Origin: Sphaerodactylus townsendi
Taxonomy: Eukaryota
Assembly: GCF_021028975.2 (NCBI RefSeq)
Contig: NC_059428.1
Location: forward strand, 8,122,001-8,186,000
Reading direction: 5' to 3'
Length of the DNA stretch: 64,000 nucleotides
The notes under the pieces were generated by a model that saw only the letters and a list, made by a program, of their open reading frames with translations, searched no databases and had not been told where the DNA came from. The position numbers were made by a program, and so were the translations under genes. Shown here in pieces: positions 26,066-38,230 of this stretch. Position 1 is the first letter of the stretch. Each line of letters begins with the position of its first letter.

Positions 26066-26363
26066 GGAGCAGCAGTGGCGTAGGAGGTTAAGAGCTCGTG
26101 TATCTAATCTGGAGGAACCGGGTTTGATTCCCTGCTCTGCCGCCTGAGCTGTGGAGGCTTATCTGGGGAATTCAGATTAGCCTATACACTCCCACACACG
26201 CCAGCTGGGTGACCTTGGGCTAGTCACAGCTTCTCGGAGCTCTCTCAGCCCCACCTACCTCACAGGGTGTTTGTTGTGAGGGGGGAAGGGCAAGGAGATT
26301 GTCAGCCCCTTTGAGTCTCCTACAAGGAGAGAAAGGGGGGATATAAATCCAAACTCTTCTTCT
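26066..26363 (+). mobile_element. tRNA-derived SINE (Squam3-like)
   Basis: A/B-box-like head, gggtgaccttgggctagtcac core, (CTT)n tail. Other copies: ~8100-8367(+), ~10110-10500(+), ~35995-36396(-), ~38867-39172(-), ~51209-51490(+). Confidence 0.85.
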
Positions 26364-27401
26364 TCATCATCATCATCATCAAAGTGTAGCAATATGTAAT
26401 CAGATTCTTTGAATTCCTAGCTTTCATTTTTTTTAAAAGGAAGCCTGTAACTCCTTTTATTGTGGATCTCTACCTTTTCATTTATACCCCATGCTGAGCG
26501 CTGGAAGAACTGAGCCAGTAGTCCTCTTCCATAAAGGAAGGGAATTAAACTTTCTGTCATTTGACCTGCCCGCTCCTGTGGACTGGGAGCTATTTTGTGG
26601 TGCCAGGAATTTGATTTTCCTTCTTGACACAATGCTAGGATGGAAGATCCAAGAAACTTCCATTGCAAGAAGGAAAAAGCTTAGGAACGCTTTGTCTGAA
26701 GAGTCATTCTTGGACACTTCTTGAGCCCAGATAATGAAAGCAATCGTCTCTGATTCAGAAGGCTGCTCTCTTACCTGGAACTTTGCAGGTATTCTTATTG
26801 CCAAGGGCAGGACCTCAAGCGCTGCACCGATTTCTCTTCTCCAGTTCTCCCGTAGGCTCAGGGAATCCCGGATGAGCCCCCAAAACTGTCCCTTTCCCTT
26901 GCCTCCTTGGCATTCCAGGCAGCTCTGAGAGAGGAGCCTGCGAGAGGTCTACGCTGCCCTCTTGAGTCCTTTGATGATGGAGGAGATACCTGAAGGCTTC
27001 TTCAGCTGATGGAGCTGGCTGGGAGTATTTATGGGGGAACCCTGGAGGTATTTATGGGGGAACCCAGGGGGAACCCTGCCGTCATTGGGGGATCCTCAAC
27101 CAGTAGGGGAGGCAGAAAAACCCAACAGTGGCAACAACAGCTAATTTGTTATGATAGCTCTAAGTCCCTCCCAGGATCTGAGCAAGGCCTGGCCTCATTG
27201 TCACCTTAGTCCCAACCAGGGATTAAGTTATATGGCACAGAAAGTGCCGGGTCTCAAGAGATCCTTTCATTCCCTGCGAAGACACAACCCCTCGGCACAC
27301 ACCGAGGCTGATGAACTCTGCGCGTACGTCTTTCTTTCTTGTTGACTGGCATATTGCAAGGTTTACCTTCACATGACTGACCTGGCCGCCTGGATCTATG
27401 C

Positions 27402-27898
27402 CAGTGATGGCGAACCTTTTCGAGACTGAGTGCCAAAACTGCAACTCAAAACCCACTTATCTATCACAAAGTGCCAACATGGCAATTTAACCTGAATACT
27501 GAGGTTTTAGTGTAGAAAAAACGGTTGGCTCCAAGGCGTTACTCGGGAGTAAGCTTGGTGGTAGTCGGTGGCTTTGTTTTGAAGCAACTGTGCAACGCTT
27601 CGAACGGGTGAATCACGACCCTAGGAGGGTTTACTCAGAAGCAAGTCCCATTGACAGCAACCGAGCTTACTCCCAGGTAAAAGATCACGCTTTAGTTCTT
27701 CGCATGAAAATCAGTGGGGTTTAACAGCGCTTAACAGGGTTACCTGCACTGCTTCCCCTAAACTAGGTCTTAGGTTTAATGCTAATAATCTCCCTAAAAT
27801 AATTACTATTATCACATGACGAACTCTGTGCATGCGTGCCCACAGAGAGGGCTCTGAGTGCCACCTCTGGCGCCCGTGCCATAGGTTCGCCACCACTG
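27402..27898. mobile_element. Non-autonomous hAT DNA transposon
   Basis: TIRs cagtgatggcgaacc / ggttcgccaccactg; 8-bp TSD ATCTATGC. Confidence 0.9.
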
Positions 27899-28389
27899 AT
27901 CTATGCCAAACTAGACCACTGTAATGCATTTTAAATTGCACTTCACTCAAAATCAATTTGGAAACCCCAGCTGGGGCAGAATGCTGCGGTTCAGCTATTA
28001 TCGGGAGCTAGACGGAGCACGCAGATTACTTGCGTTCTACAGTGACTCCACTGGCTGCATATCAGCTAGTGGCTCAACTGGAGAATTAGCTCTCGCTTAC
28101 AAAGCCCTTCATGGCCCTGGGCTCGCATTATTTGGAAGACTGCCTCTCCCCCTTGGGGCCGCCATGACAGCTTTGCTCATCTGATCAGGGTCTTCTGCAG
28201 GTGCCCACCTGCAAATGGGCAAAATCAACAACTGCCCGCTCACGGGTCTCCTCCGTTGTGACCCCCCACCTTGTGCAAAGGTCAGGGAAGCTCCCGGTCT
28301 CCTGGAGTTCTGCAAACTATGCAAGGCTGGATTTTTTCTCTTGAACAATTTTTGCATCATTTAATGTGTTGTATTAAGACTCATGCTTA

Positions 28390-28921
28390 TGTAACCCCCA
28401 TGCTCAGAATGGGTTGACCCAGAAAGGGGTGGAGATTCAAAGCAGGAGGAGGCTGCAGAGCTCATGTAGTTTGGAGGAGACGAGGCTACCAGACTTGGCC
28501 CTTGGTTTGTATAAGCCCTGAACACCTTGTTAAGGTAACTGCAATGTTGTTGGGAACTAAGTGGGAAGGTAGTTGTTTATTTTTGCTATGTTGTAAATGT
28601 TGGAGTTTATTGTTTCAGGGTTTCTTTTTGTGGTTGTAACGGGTGAGAGTTCTCCTGGAAACCTTCATCATGTTGAATCCTGTTCATCAAGCCCTTGGAG
28701 TCTTCAGGAGCCAACCCCCTTGCAAGAATTGGACTTGGCAGTATCAGTAGACTGTAAATATAAGGACTTGAAAATGCAACCTGAACAGGACCTTGAAGTG
28801 TGATGTTAAATGTTGATGTTATATGTTATATGTTAAGAAAGTAAACCATTTTGTTTTTAAAATTTGTTGTTGCAAACTCATTCCAAGTTCTGCCCCACAG
28901 AACCCACAGATAGAGGTTACA
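28390..28921 (+). mobile_element. Solo LTR, family A (long variant)
   Basis: TGTAAC...GTTACA, TSD CTTA; internal GTATAAG and AGTAAA signals. Confidence 0.9.
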
Positions 28922-29485
28922 CTTACACTTTGCTTAAGTTCTGTGTCTGGGCAGTTCCAGGAAATGCACCCTATGAGAAGTCTGTATTTATTGTCGAAGG
29001 CTTTCACGGCTGGGATCGCTAGGGTGTTGTGGGTTTTCCGGGTTGTATGGCCATGTTCCAATAGCATTCTCTCCTGACGTTTCGCCTGCATCTGTGGTTG
29101 GCGTCAAGAATCCAGCCCCAGATGCAGGCCAAAACCCACCACACCCTAGTCTGTTTTTCATTGATTGATTCGAGCATTTGTATGCCATCCAATTTGAGCC
29201 CTCAACAAACACTAAAAATACTAAAATCAACTTTTAAAACAGTACACACGACAATATAAAACAACTGTTAAAAATAAACAGACAGGAGCATCAGTGGGGA
29301 GGGGGGACATCGAGCAAAACAAAGAGGTTTCATTCACCGGTGGAAGAGAATCATAGAGGGGGACAGAATTCCACAGTTTTGGAACCGCAACCAAGGAGGC
29401 CCTGTCTCAGGTTGCCATACTTCTAGCTCAGGTGGCGTAGGACCTCAAAGCAAGGCCCAGAAGATGACGACAACGGTACTAGGTA

Positions 29486-30204
29486 TGTTACTGCGCTGCC
29501 TGGGTAACTTTTATTCTCCCAGATCTGCCAACTCTCAGCAGCGCAGAGGAACAGAAACAGGACCCAACACAGCGAGAATAGTGAAAATAAAAATTAGTTT
29601 ATTGAGATGATGACCTATGTGTCAGCACCTCCACACCACGGCAACTGCCTAACAGCTTTACAACAACTTTTATACACAGTCTCCCGCCCGGGGATCCGGG
29701 AGGGTACAGGACAACCTACAATCATTCATTCACAAATACATAGGGACCAATTAGAGTCCAGAGGGCCGTCCCTTCTTGAATTTCACGGCAGAAGCAGGGC
29801 AAGGCGATGACGTAGGCACAGGTGGGAAAAACACAAAAGAGTCCTTTGGGTGCTTGGGGCCAGGAAATGAAACCGAACGATGACGGCACCCTTATCTGCC
29901 TGCTGGTGGGATTAAGGCAGATGGAGGCGCTTCTTCCGGGGTCCCTTTTGTCAAACGTCCATTCATGGTCTTATGAAAGGGACATGCCCAGGTGAAAGGG
30001 ACATGCCCAGGTGGAGCAGGGGTGGATTCCTGCCTTGCGCCAAGGAGGTTCCATACTGACACAAATACAAAATACAACTGTAATTTCTACATTCTACCTA
30101 ATACAACTTGTTCCTATCTAACTTATAAAGAAATAAAACATAATTTCACCTTCATTAAACTGCAAGATCAGAAATGGAATAATTTATTTCTGACTCCGCT
30201 ATCA
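29486..30204 (-). mobile_element. Solo LTR, family B
   Basis: TGTTA...TATCA, TSD GGTA; minus-strand AATAAA near 29600. Confidence 0.87.
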
Positions 30205-30636
30205 GGTATGTATGGGAGCAAGCAGTCCTAAGCCATGCAGAATTTTAAGTTCAATACCAGCACCTTGAATCGGGTCCAAAGCTAGTGTAGATGGATTAAG
30301 ACTGGATGGATATGTCCTTACAATGTAAGATTATGCCTGGCCTGGCATCGCCGGGTTGAGGCCAAGGTCACGCTTACACTTGCTGTTATCTGTGTGTTAA
30401 TGGGCCATTCTGTTTCAATCGCTGTGCTTGTAACTAGTGAAATAGGCATCCCTCATCCCTTCCCCTCCCTGGGCCCGGAATGAGCTCTATCGCTGTCCTT
30501 GAGTTTGGAACACATAACAATACTGTCTTGACATTGTCCTTTTCTAATGCTGCCTACTGAGGGAACAGCGGGGAGGGGGGGAGCACCAGAAGCGGGAAAA
30601 GTTTGGAGATATGTACTAGCTGCAAAAGCTTGAGCC

Positions 30637-31013
30637 CAGAGGTGGGATCCAGCAGGTTCTCACAGGTTCCCGAGAGTAGGTTACTAATTATTTGTGTGTG
30701 CTGAGAGGGAGTTACTAATTGGTGATTTTGCCACGTGATTTTTGCCTTCGTTACGCCCCTCCTCTCAGCAGTAGCGCGCAGGACTTGGAGCCGTCTAGTA
30801 GGAGGTGCACCGGCGTGCGTGGCAGCCTGCGCCTGCGAGCGTTCGTTTTCTGCCCAAGGACTGGCGCAGCGGCTGCGTCCTTGCCATAGCCCCGCCCCTG
30901 GAATGCCCGGCCACGCCCCCATCATGCCCCACCCAGCCCCATTGGCGCTACGCCACAGTTTGAATCCCACCACCATGGGGACCTGTTACTAAAATTTTTG
31001 GATCACACCACTG
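30637..31013. mobile_element. Non-autonomous hAT (Tip100-like) element
   Basis: TIRs cagaggtgggatcc / ggatcacaccactg; TSD CTTGAGCC. Partial relative from 45951. Confidence 0.85.
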
Positions 31014-31621
31014 CTTGAGCCCCTAGCTCTGGCTTCCTGCAGCTAAGGTCCTGACACAGTTCAATAAAGCTCTCGAACCTTTCCCGAGTCCCAATGATTG
31101 ACTGGCATAACGAAGCCTGACAGGTTGCCATCCTAATCATGCTGGCCACTAGAGAGAAATGTAACCGACTGGGGAATCACCTGCTGTCCATGTTGGGCAG
31201 GAAGACCAAGGATTCAGGGACATCCCTTCAAGTGTGACCCGGGGGGCAGTACTGGTGGAAAGGTGGGGTGTTTCCCCCTGTGGGAGACCCTCGGGTTGCC
31301 AACAAGGAAATTCCTGACGATTTGGGGGAAGATCTTGGGAAGGAAACAGTTTGTAGAGATGAGGGAGTGATGCCAAAGGGGAGTGATGCCAGAGACTCCA
31401 CTTGTTTGGGGGTTGTTTGTTTATTATTAAGCTTATTATACTACCCATCCCTGAAGGGTTCTGGGCAGTGTACAAATTAAGCACCATAAAATCCTAAAAA
31501 TTACAAGTCAATTATTAAAAACAAAACCATCAATCAATCTCAGCACAATTAAAACCTGAGATGGCGACTCGTATGCAACCGCATTCCCTCCCCTAAAAGG
31601 AGATCGAACACAATCATGGTA

Positions 31622-31853
31622 CCCTGTTTCCCCGAATATAAGACATCCCCTGAAAATAAGATGTAGTAGAGGTTTTGCTGAAGTGCGAAATATAAGGCAT
31701 CCCCTTAAAATAAGACATAGCAAAGTTTTTGTTTGAAAGCATGCCCAACAAACAGAACACAGAAAAATAAGACATCCCCTGAAAATAAGACATAGCGCAT
31801 CTTTGGGAGCAAAAATTAATATAAGACGCTGTCTTATTTTCGGGGAAACACGG
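31622..31853. mobile_element. Tc1/mariner-type MITE
   Basis: TA|ccctgtttccccga...tcggggaaacacgg|TA; near-identical copies at 33891-34126 and 52934-53165. Confidence 0.88.
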
Positions 31854-32338
31854 TAACAGTCAATGGTATGCAATTGTTTTCAATTGTTAAGCACTTATAC
31901 TATATAAAGAAGCTAATTATAGCTCAGGTTAATGCAGCAGACTTGAAGCAGACTTACAGAGAACCTAGCTCAGGAACGTTTGCAGGTCTCCAGATGTTCC
32001 AGGAACATCCAATTCTTATCAGTTTCTACCAGCATGGGCTGACAATGGCCATACAACAGAGGCCGATGGGAAATGCTGTAGTCCTGAACATCTGAGAGCC
32101 AAGCAGGTTCCTGCAATTCCTGACCTAGCCTTATATTGACTTGAATATTTATAGCCATTATAATAGGTAAGCAGACCTATATTAACTTGTTATGATAAAA
32201 TATAATGCTATTTTCTGATATTAAAATATGAATGACTATAAACAACTATATATTTTTTAATTTTTATAATATATTTTATATTTATACATTTGAGATTTAT
32301 TCTCCATAACTGTGTCTGGGTGGGGAAGTTGGGCAATG

Positions 32339-32570
32339 AAGAAAGCTGGCAGGAAGAAAGTTGCTTCCTTTGAAGTGTGGTGTTGGAGGAGAGTTTTATT
32401 GACACAGTGAACCACCAAGAAGAGAAATCCGTGGGCTGTAGATCAAATCAAGCCTGAACTGTCCCTAGAAGCTAAAATGACTAAGCTGAGGCTACAGTTC
32501 TTTGGTCACATTATGGGGGAAATCAAAGGCAGGAGGAAAAGAGGAACACCCAATATGAGACGGATTGAAC
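32339..32570 (+). mobile_element. RTE-type LINE fragment
   Basis: RKKVASFEVWCWRRVL..DQIKPELSLEAKMTKLRL.FFGHIM. Confidence 0.8.
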
Positions 32571-32742
32571 ATAAGAACATATGAACATAAGAACAAGCCA
32601 GCTGGATCAGACCAGAGTCCACCTACTCAAGCTCTCTGCTACTCGCAGTGGCCCACCAGGTGCCTTTGGGAGCTCACAGGCAGGAGGTGAAAGCAATGGC
32701 CTGTGAAATGGATTGGCCCAGTAAAGAAAGTCACTGCCTTCA

Positions 32743-33704
32743 TCAGACTCTCTTGAGCGAAACTAATCTCAGTATTTTGCTGTAGATTTGCTTAGTTTTG
32801 ATGCTGTAAATGATGGGGTTCATCAGGGGTGGGAGAAGAATGTAGAAGTTGCCCATGATGACGTGGAGAAGGGGAGGGGCATGTTGGCCAAACCGGTGCA
32901 CAATGGACAGCCCGAAAGTAACTGAACTAGAAGACCAGGGACGGGCGCAGACGCGGAGACACAGGTGCCCAGGGCCTTGTGGTAGCCTTCCTTCCCAGAG
33001 GTCATGCCCAGAACTGTCTTCAGAATCAGACTGTAGGAGATGAGGATGAAGAGGAGATCAGAGCCCAGAGTGAGAACAATGACAATGAGGCCGTAGAACG
33101 TGTTGAAGGCTGTGTTCGTGCACGCCAGTCGGATCACATCCTGGTGGAGACAGTAGGAGTGAGAAAGGGTCGCACCCGGACAATAAGGGAAGTGCAGAAG
33201 AAACAGCATGGGGGCCACGAGCAGCGTGGTGCTTCTCAGGAGGAGGACCAGGCCAATTCTGAGAACTCTGCTCGTGGTCAGGAGAACTGTGTACCTCAGA
33301 GGATAGCAGATGGCCAGGAAGCGGTCCAGCGCCATGGCAAAGAGCACGGCTGACTCCATGAAGGAGAAGGAGTGGACGATGAACAGCTGAGCGATGCAGG
33401 GGCCTTTGCTAATGTCCCTCAGCTGGAACCAGAGGACTCCCATGACGGTGGGCATGGTGGTGGGAGGGCAGAGCCCTAGGTCGTGGTGGTGGCCAAAGCA
33501 TGGCTGTGGAAGTAATACATACATGGGCTGGTGCAGACCGGGCTCAGTCCAGATGACGTACAGAATGGTGCAGTTGCCCAGGGTGGCAACCAGGTAGGAG
33601 GAAAAGATGAGGATGCCGATCCACTGGTGCATCTCTTCTAGGCCTGGAAAGCCGGGCAGGGTAAATAGCGTGGCGCTCAGATTGGCTGCAGCGAACGATG
33701 CCAT
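32743..33704 (-). pseudogene. OR51-like gene with frameshifts (pseudogene or assembly error); close paralog of 18197-19144
   Basis: ATG at 33704 (MASFAAANLS). Indel patches at ~33460-33520 (net in-frame) and ~32915-32955. The C-terminus (..PLMNPIIYSIKTKQIYSKILRLVSLKRV*) continues in another frame to TGA at 32743-32745. Acceptor-like tgtttctccctattggactcctcag at ~33781. Confidence 0.88.
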
Positions 33705-33890
33705 AACGACCGGCCGATATCGCCTTCCAATTCCTCTGGAATTCACGAGGGACGGGAACAAGTGACAACTTCAAAAGCCACTGAGGAGTCCAATAGGGAG
33801 AAACACAGCATCACATTTTAACAATTGTTGGTTTACAGGAGAAGCAGCTGCAACCAAAGAACACTCTGCTCCTATTGATATGGACATATA

Positions 33891-34126
33891 CCCTGTTTCC
33901 CCGAATATAAGGCATCTCCTAAAAATAAGACGTAGTAGAGGTTTTGCTGAAGTGCGAAATATAAGGCATCCCCCAAAAGTAAGACATAGCAAAGTTTTTG
34001 TTTGGAAACATGTCCGACAAACAGAACACAGAAAAATAAGACATCCCCTGAAAATAAGACCTATATAGCGCATCTTTGGGAGCAAAAATTAATATAAGAC
34101 ACTGTCTTATTTTCGGGGAAACACGG
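33891..34126. mobile_element. Tc1/mariner-type MITE
   Basis: Same family as 31622-31853; TA TSD. Confidence 0.88.
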
Positions 34127-34865
34127 TAGTTTATGATGTTTTAAGCCATTGTATTTAATCATACAAGTTATATGAGAGTAATTCACTGGGCACCAAGCAC
34201 TTCAGAAGCTTACTTTAGTTGGAAGACACGAAACTCATGGGGCAGCCTGACATGGAGTTTTTCAGGTGGTTTGGGGAAACAGGGCCCCACCAAGGAGATA
34301 AGGAATGAGCAGAAGCTCACAAATACGGATAAAGCTAAAATAGAAACCAGCCGTTGTTATAGAAACCTTTTGCGCAAGGTGTTTTTGACTTAAGTTTCAC
34401 CAAATATGGGAACGGGCAAGGTGTGGTAAAAGGTGGGATGAGATGACCAGGTCTGTATGTCTTCTTGACTCAAACCAACGGTCAGAAGACAAGGAGGGAT
34501 GTTTGTAAGAGGGTATGAATTATGTTGTGCAAGCAACAGCTCCCTATGAACCTCCTCCTCCTGTTGCCCTAACAGAGTGAGAGTTCCCTCCTTCTGCTTG
34601 CGAGAATTCTCGAAGGGAAAACAATAAATCTCTGGAACAGCTGAAGAAGCTTTTGGAGGGTTATTTTTGTAACCGGTCAGAGCTTTTGCTCTGTGGACAG
34701 AGCCTTTGCCCCTGTGCCTATCACTGGGTCCGAGAAGGGCAGATTCAGCCTTTTCGACCCCTGCGATAGTCTCCAGGACATGACAGGTTGCACCACTCTC
34801 CTCTCACTATTATTTGGCCCATGTCGCTGCTAGACGTCTCCGGTGTCGGCAGTTCTAGCTGGACC

Positions 34866-35508
34866 CAGTGGTGGGATTCTGTTAATTTATCTGCCAGTTC
34901 AAACCCCACAACCACTTGCTCCCCCCGCTGCTCACTTACCTGACTGCTGCGGAGGAGTGTGGCTGACCCAGCCAGGGCCTTTTCCTCCAGCCTCCCACCT
35001 TTTCGATGTTGGGCCACCGGGAGGAGGCGAGGAAAGGTGGCGGCGGAGGGGCCAAAGGGGCCAGGCTTCTTCACCAGCTGGCGGGAGGTGGCTGGCCTCG
35101 GAGCGGGCCACACACCTGGGGGCCAGCTGCACAGTCTGGGGGGAGTTTTCTCCAGCATTTGCTGGGAGGCCAGGGGGGGCAGCAGCTGCCAGAGGCCCCC
35201 ATGTGCGCCTCTGGGTCTGTGGCACAGCCTTCGAAGGAGGCCTGCTCATGCTTCGCTGCTCCGCTCGCTCTCCCCCCTGAGTTTGCTGAACTGGCCGAAT
35301 CCCACCACCCCGGCAGAGGGGGAGCAAAGGGGCTTTTAGAGCCCCGGAGCAACCTGGCACCAAGGCACCCAGCTGCTCCGGGGCTCTGAAAGCCCCCTCA
35401 CTCTCCCTGCCCTTGGGTGGTGGGACTCAGCAGGTTTGGAAAATTCAGCAAAAAAAATTAGCTACCGGTTCTGCCGAACTGGCGCGAACCATCGGAATCC
35501 CACAACTG
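34866..35508. mobile_element. Non-autonomous hAT element, GC-rich interior
   Basis: TIRs cagtggtgggattc / gaatcccacaactg; TSD GCTGGAC(C/T). Short relative at 40812-40912. Confidence 0.82.
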
Positions 35509-38193
35509 GCTGGACTCCTTCAGAGAAGCAAAAGTTCCCAGGGAAAGTGAAATCTACTCACCCGACTTGCAGCTATGAGCTGGAACAGATTGTGTTTGCT
35601 GGTCTGGATGTCCCCTGATGCTTCTGGTTCAATGCCAGGCGGACCTTAAGCAATTGGGCAAACGAGCCTTCGACCTCAGAAGATGTTGGTTACCAAATGA
35701 CAGGGAATCTGCAGAGGCGATGGAAATACATTCAGGGAGGGGCAAAAGTCTTGGAGATGAACTCTCTATCTGGATCAGGGTTACCTAAGCAACCTGCAAC
35801 TCTAGATGTTCCATGGATTATTAAGTCCCATCAGCCCCTGCCAGCATGGCCAATTGGCTGATGGGATTTATAGTCCATGAACATCTGGAGAGCCGCAGGT
35901 TGCAGACTCCTGATCTGGACAGATTCTCAGATACGAGATACTAGGCAAAAAAAATGTGTGTTAATAAAAACATTTGGAATGACTCATTCCTTGAAGAGAA
36001 GAAAAAGAGAAGGAGAGTTTGGATTCATACTCCACTTTTCTTAACCGTAAGGAGACTCAAGGCAGCTTACAAACTCCTTTCCCTTCGTCTCCCCACAAGA
36101 AGAAGAAGAGTTTGCATTTATATCCCCCCTTTCTCTCCTGCAGGAGACTCAAAGGGGCTGACAATCTCCTTGCCCTCCCCCCCTCACAACAAACACCCTG
36201 TGAGGTAGGTGGGGCTGAGAGAGCTCCCAGAAGCTGTGACTAGCCCAAGGTCACCCGGCTGGCGTGTGTGGAAGTGCACAGGCTAGTCTGAACTCCCCAG
36301 ATAAGCCTCCACAGCTCAGGTGGCAGAGCAGGGAATCAAACCCGGTTCCTCCAGATTACATACACGAGCTCTTAACCTCCTACGCCACTGCTGCTCTTTT
36401 ACCTGAAACTCCGACGCTTCACAGATCTTCTCTGGTGCCCAGTTCAGCAGTGCGTGGCCTGGCTTCATAAGGAGCCGGATCTCTTCAAGCTCCACAACTC
36501 AACGCTGTTTCTGAAGTGTCAGCTCTGCATTGAAGCCAGTACAGGTGAAACAAGGACGGTGTCCACAGGATACTTCTTCACACACGGGAAAGAGTTCCGA
36601 AAAAGTCCAAGCCTGCCCGTTCGGGGGTCCTTCCACGGCCACTCCCGCTGCAGAAGTTCTGAAGGGACCCTCGATCCGATTCTGGAGGGCTGCTCTTTCC
36701 CCCGGACCTCTGCAGCTGTTGTGGGGACTGAGGGTGGGAACCCCTTTGCCCTGATTCTTTGCCTTCTCTCTGCTCTGTGTCATCTGTGCTTCTCTGTCCT
36801 TGGATCCCTGAGAAGGACTCGCTCTGAGCAAAGCCGCCGAGGAGGGTCCTGGCTGAGACTATTTCTAGAGAAGGTGGAGCCCTTGAGAGGAGGCAGAAAA
36901 CTGAGGATGGCCGAGACGGCTAATTAGCTCCTGGCACGACGGGCCCCTCTGGAGGGTCTCATCGGAGCAAATGCCTTGTGGGGATGACCAGGTGGGGGGC
37001 GTGGCTGCTGCTCCCCCCGGTCCCTCCTGCAGAGCCGGGAATGCCCCTGCACCAGCAAGGAGCTTGGCATGATGCAAAGGGACCACAAAGGGGGGGGGGG
37101 GCAGTTTTGAAGTGGCCGTGACCAAGCGTGGGTGGAAGGGCATGAGCGTGCCCACTCTGTTCCCAGCAGCAGCACCATCGCCAGTCGGCCAAGAGCAAAC
37201 TCGCACGGCTGCCCAGAGTTCCAGAAAGGGGGAAGGAATTGTCAGAACATGTGTTTAGATGAGCAAAATCTAAATGACAGCTGGACCCTCTCTTTTCAGG
37301 TGTCATTGCAGGTGTCCACCTTTGTTCTCTCAGAAGGTTATGGATTCATAGTTCCCATCATCCCTTGCCAGCATCATGCTGGCAGGGGATGATGGGAACT
37401 GTAGTCCATAACATACGGAGGGCCACAAGTTTGACACCTATGTTCCAGCAGGTGCCGTGTGCAGATTAGGATTGAGTGCACAGCTTGAACCGTGTGCAAA
37501 ACCTGATAAGGTGAGGGCACCTGATTGGTACCACTTTTGTATATAGTTAGCACAGACAGCAGAGTGACGTGTGCCTGAAAACACCTGTGGTCCGGCGAAG
37601 CACTTTGTCAGTAGATAGCAATAAATAGAACTGCACCGGTGACTGTGTGTCTGTCGGTTCTTGTCTACATTGCGTCCTGCAAGGTGGTCTACTCCGAGTA
37701 AATCCGCTGCTTCAACAGGAATTTCCTCTACTGCCTTGATAGGAAGTGTGACTTCAGTGTCTATCTTGGGGGGGGCCCTGGTGAGCATTCCAAGGCAAGA
37801 GGTCTTCGGAGGTGGTTTGTCATTCCTTGCTTCCACCTTGTGCACAGGTGTCAAACTCGCGCCCCTCCAGATGTTATGGACTGCAGTTCTGGCAGGGGGT
37901 GATGGGAACTGTAGTCCATAACATCTGGAAGGCCGCGAGTTTGACACCTATGGCCCTAGTGACGCTGGGCCTCCTTGGCCGTGACCCATCCAAATACTGA
38001 AGAACCAGCTTAGCTTCTTGGTCTGATGAGATCAGGCTAGCCTTCTGCCAGCCCTGACCACCGCTTCCGATGCCGTCCAGCGGAACTTTGCAAAGAGGCC
38101 GCTGTCTTGGGGCTCCTAGAATATCGGCTCATTGGGACTCTTTTGCAACACAACATGTGGATTAAATCTCTTGTATCTTCTTTTCCACAACTG

Positions 38194-38230
38194 GTTTGTT
38201 TGTTTGTTTGTTTGTTTGTTTGTTTGTTTA
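38194..38230. repeat. (GTTT)n microsatellite; others (AAAT)n ~15181-15210 and (GT)n ~46474-46505
   Basis: Seen directly. Confidence 0.9.

Noticed and set aside
26066-26150. tRNA-like sequence
   Set aside because: SINE head followed by SINE body and tail; no complete cloverleaf.
30324-31122. Possible solo LTR (TGTAAG...CTGACA with AATAAA) around a hAT element; similar candidates near 6.7-7.1, 34.3-34.7, 37.4-37.7, 41.5-41.8 and 52.1-52.4 kb
   Set aside because: No matching TSD or second copy in the window, so boundaries cannot be supported.
34745-35389. Cluster of overlapping 90-145 aa ORFs
   Set aside because: GC-rich interior of a non-autonomous hAT element; no transposase motifs.
36400-37320. 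GC-rich stretch with 110-157 aa ORFs
   Set aside because: No recognisable protein motif or consistent exon structure.
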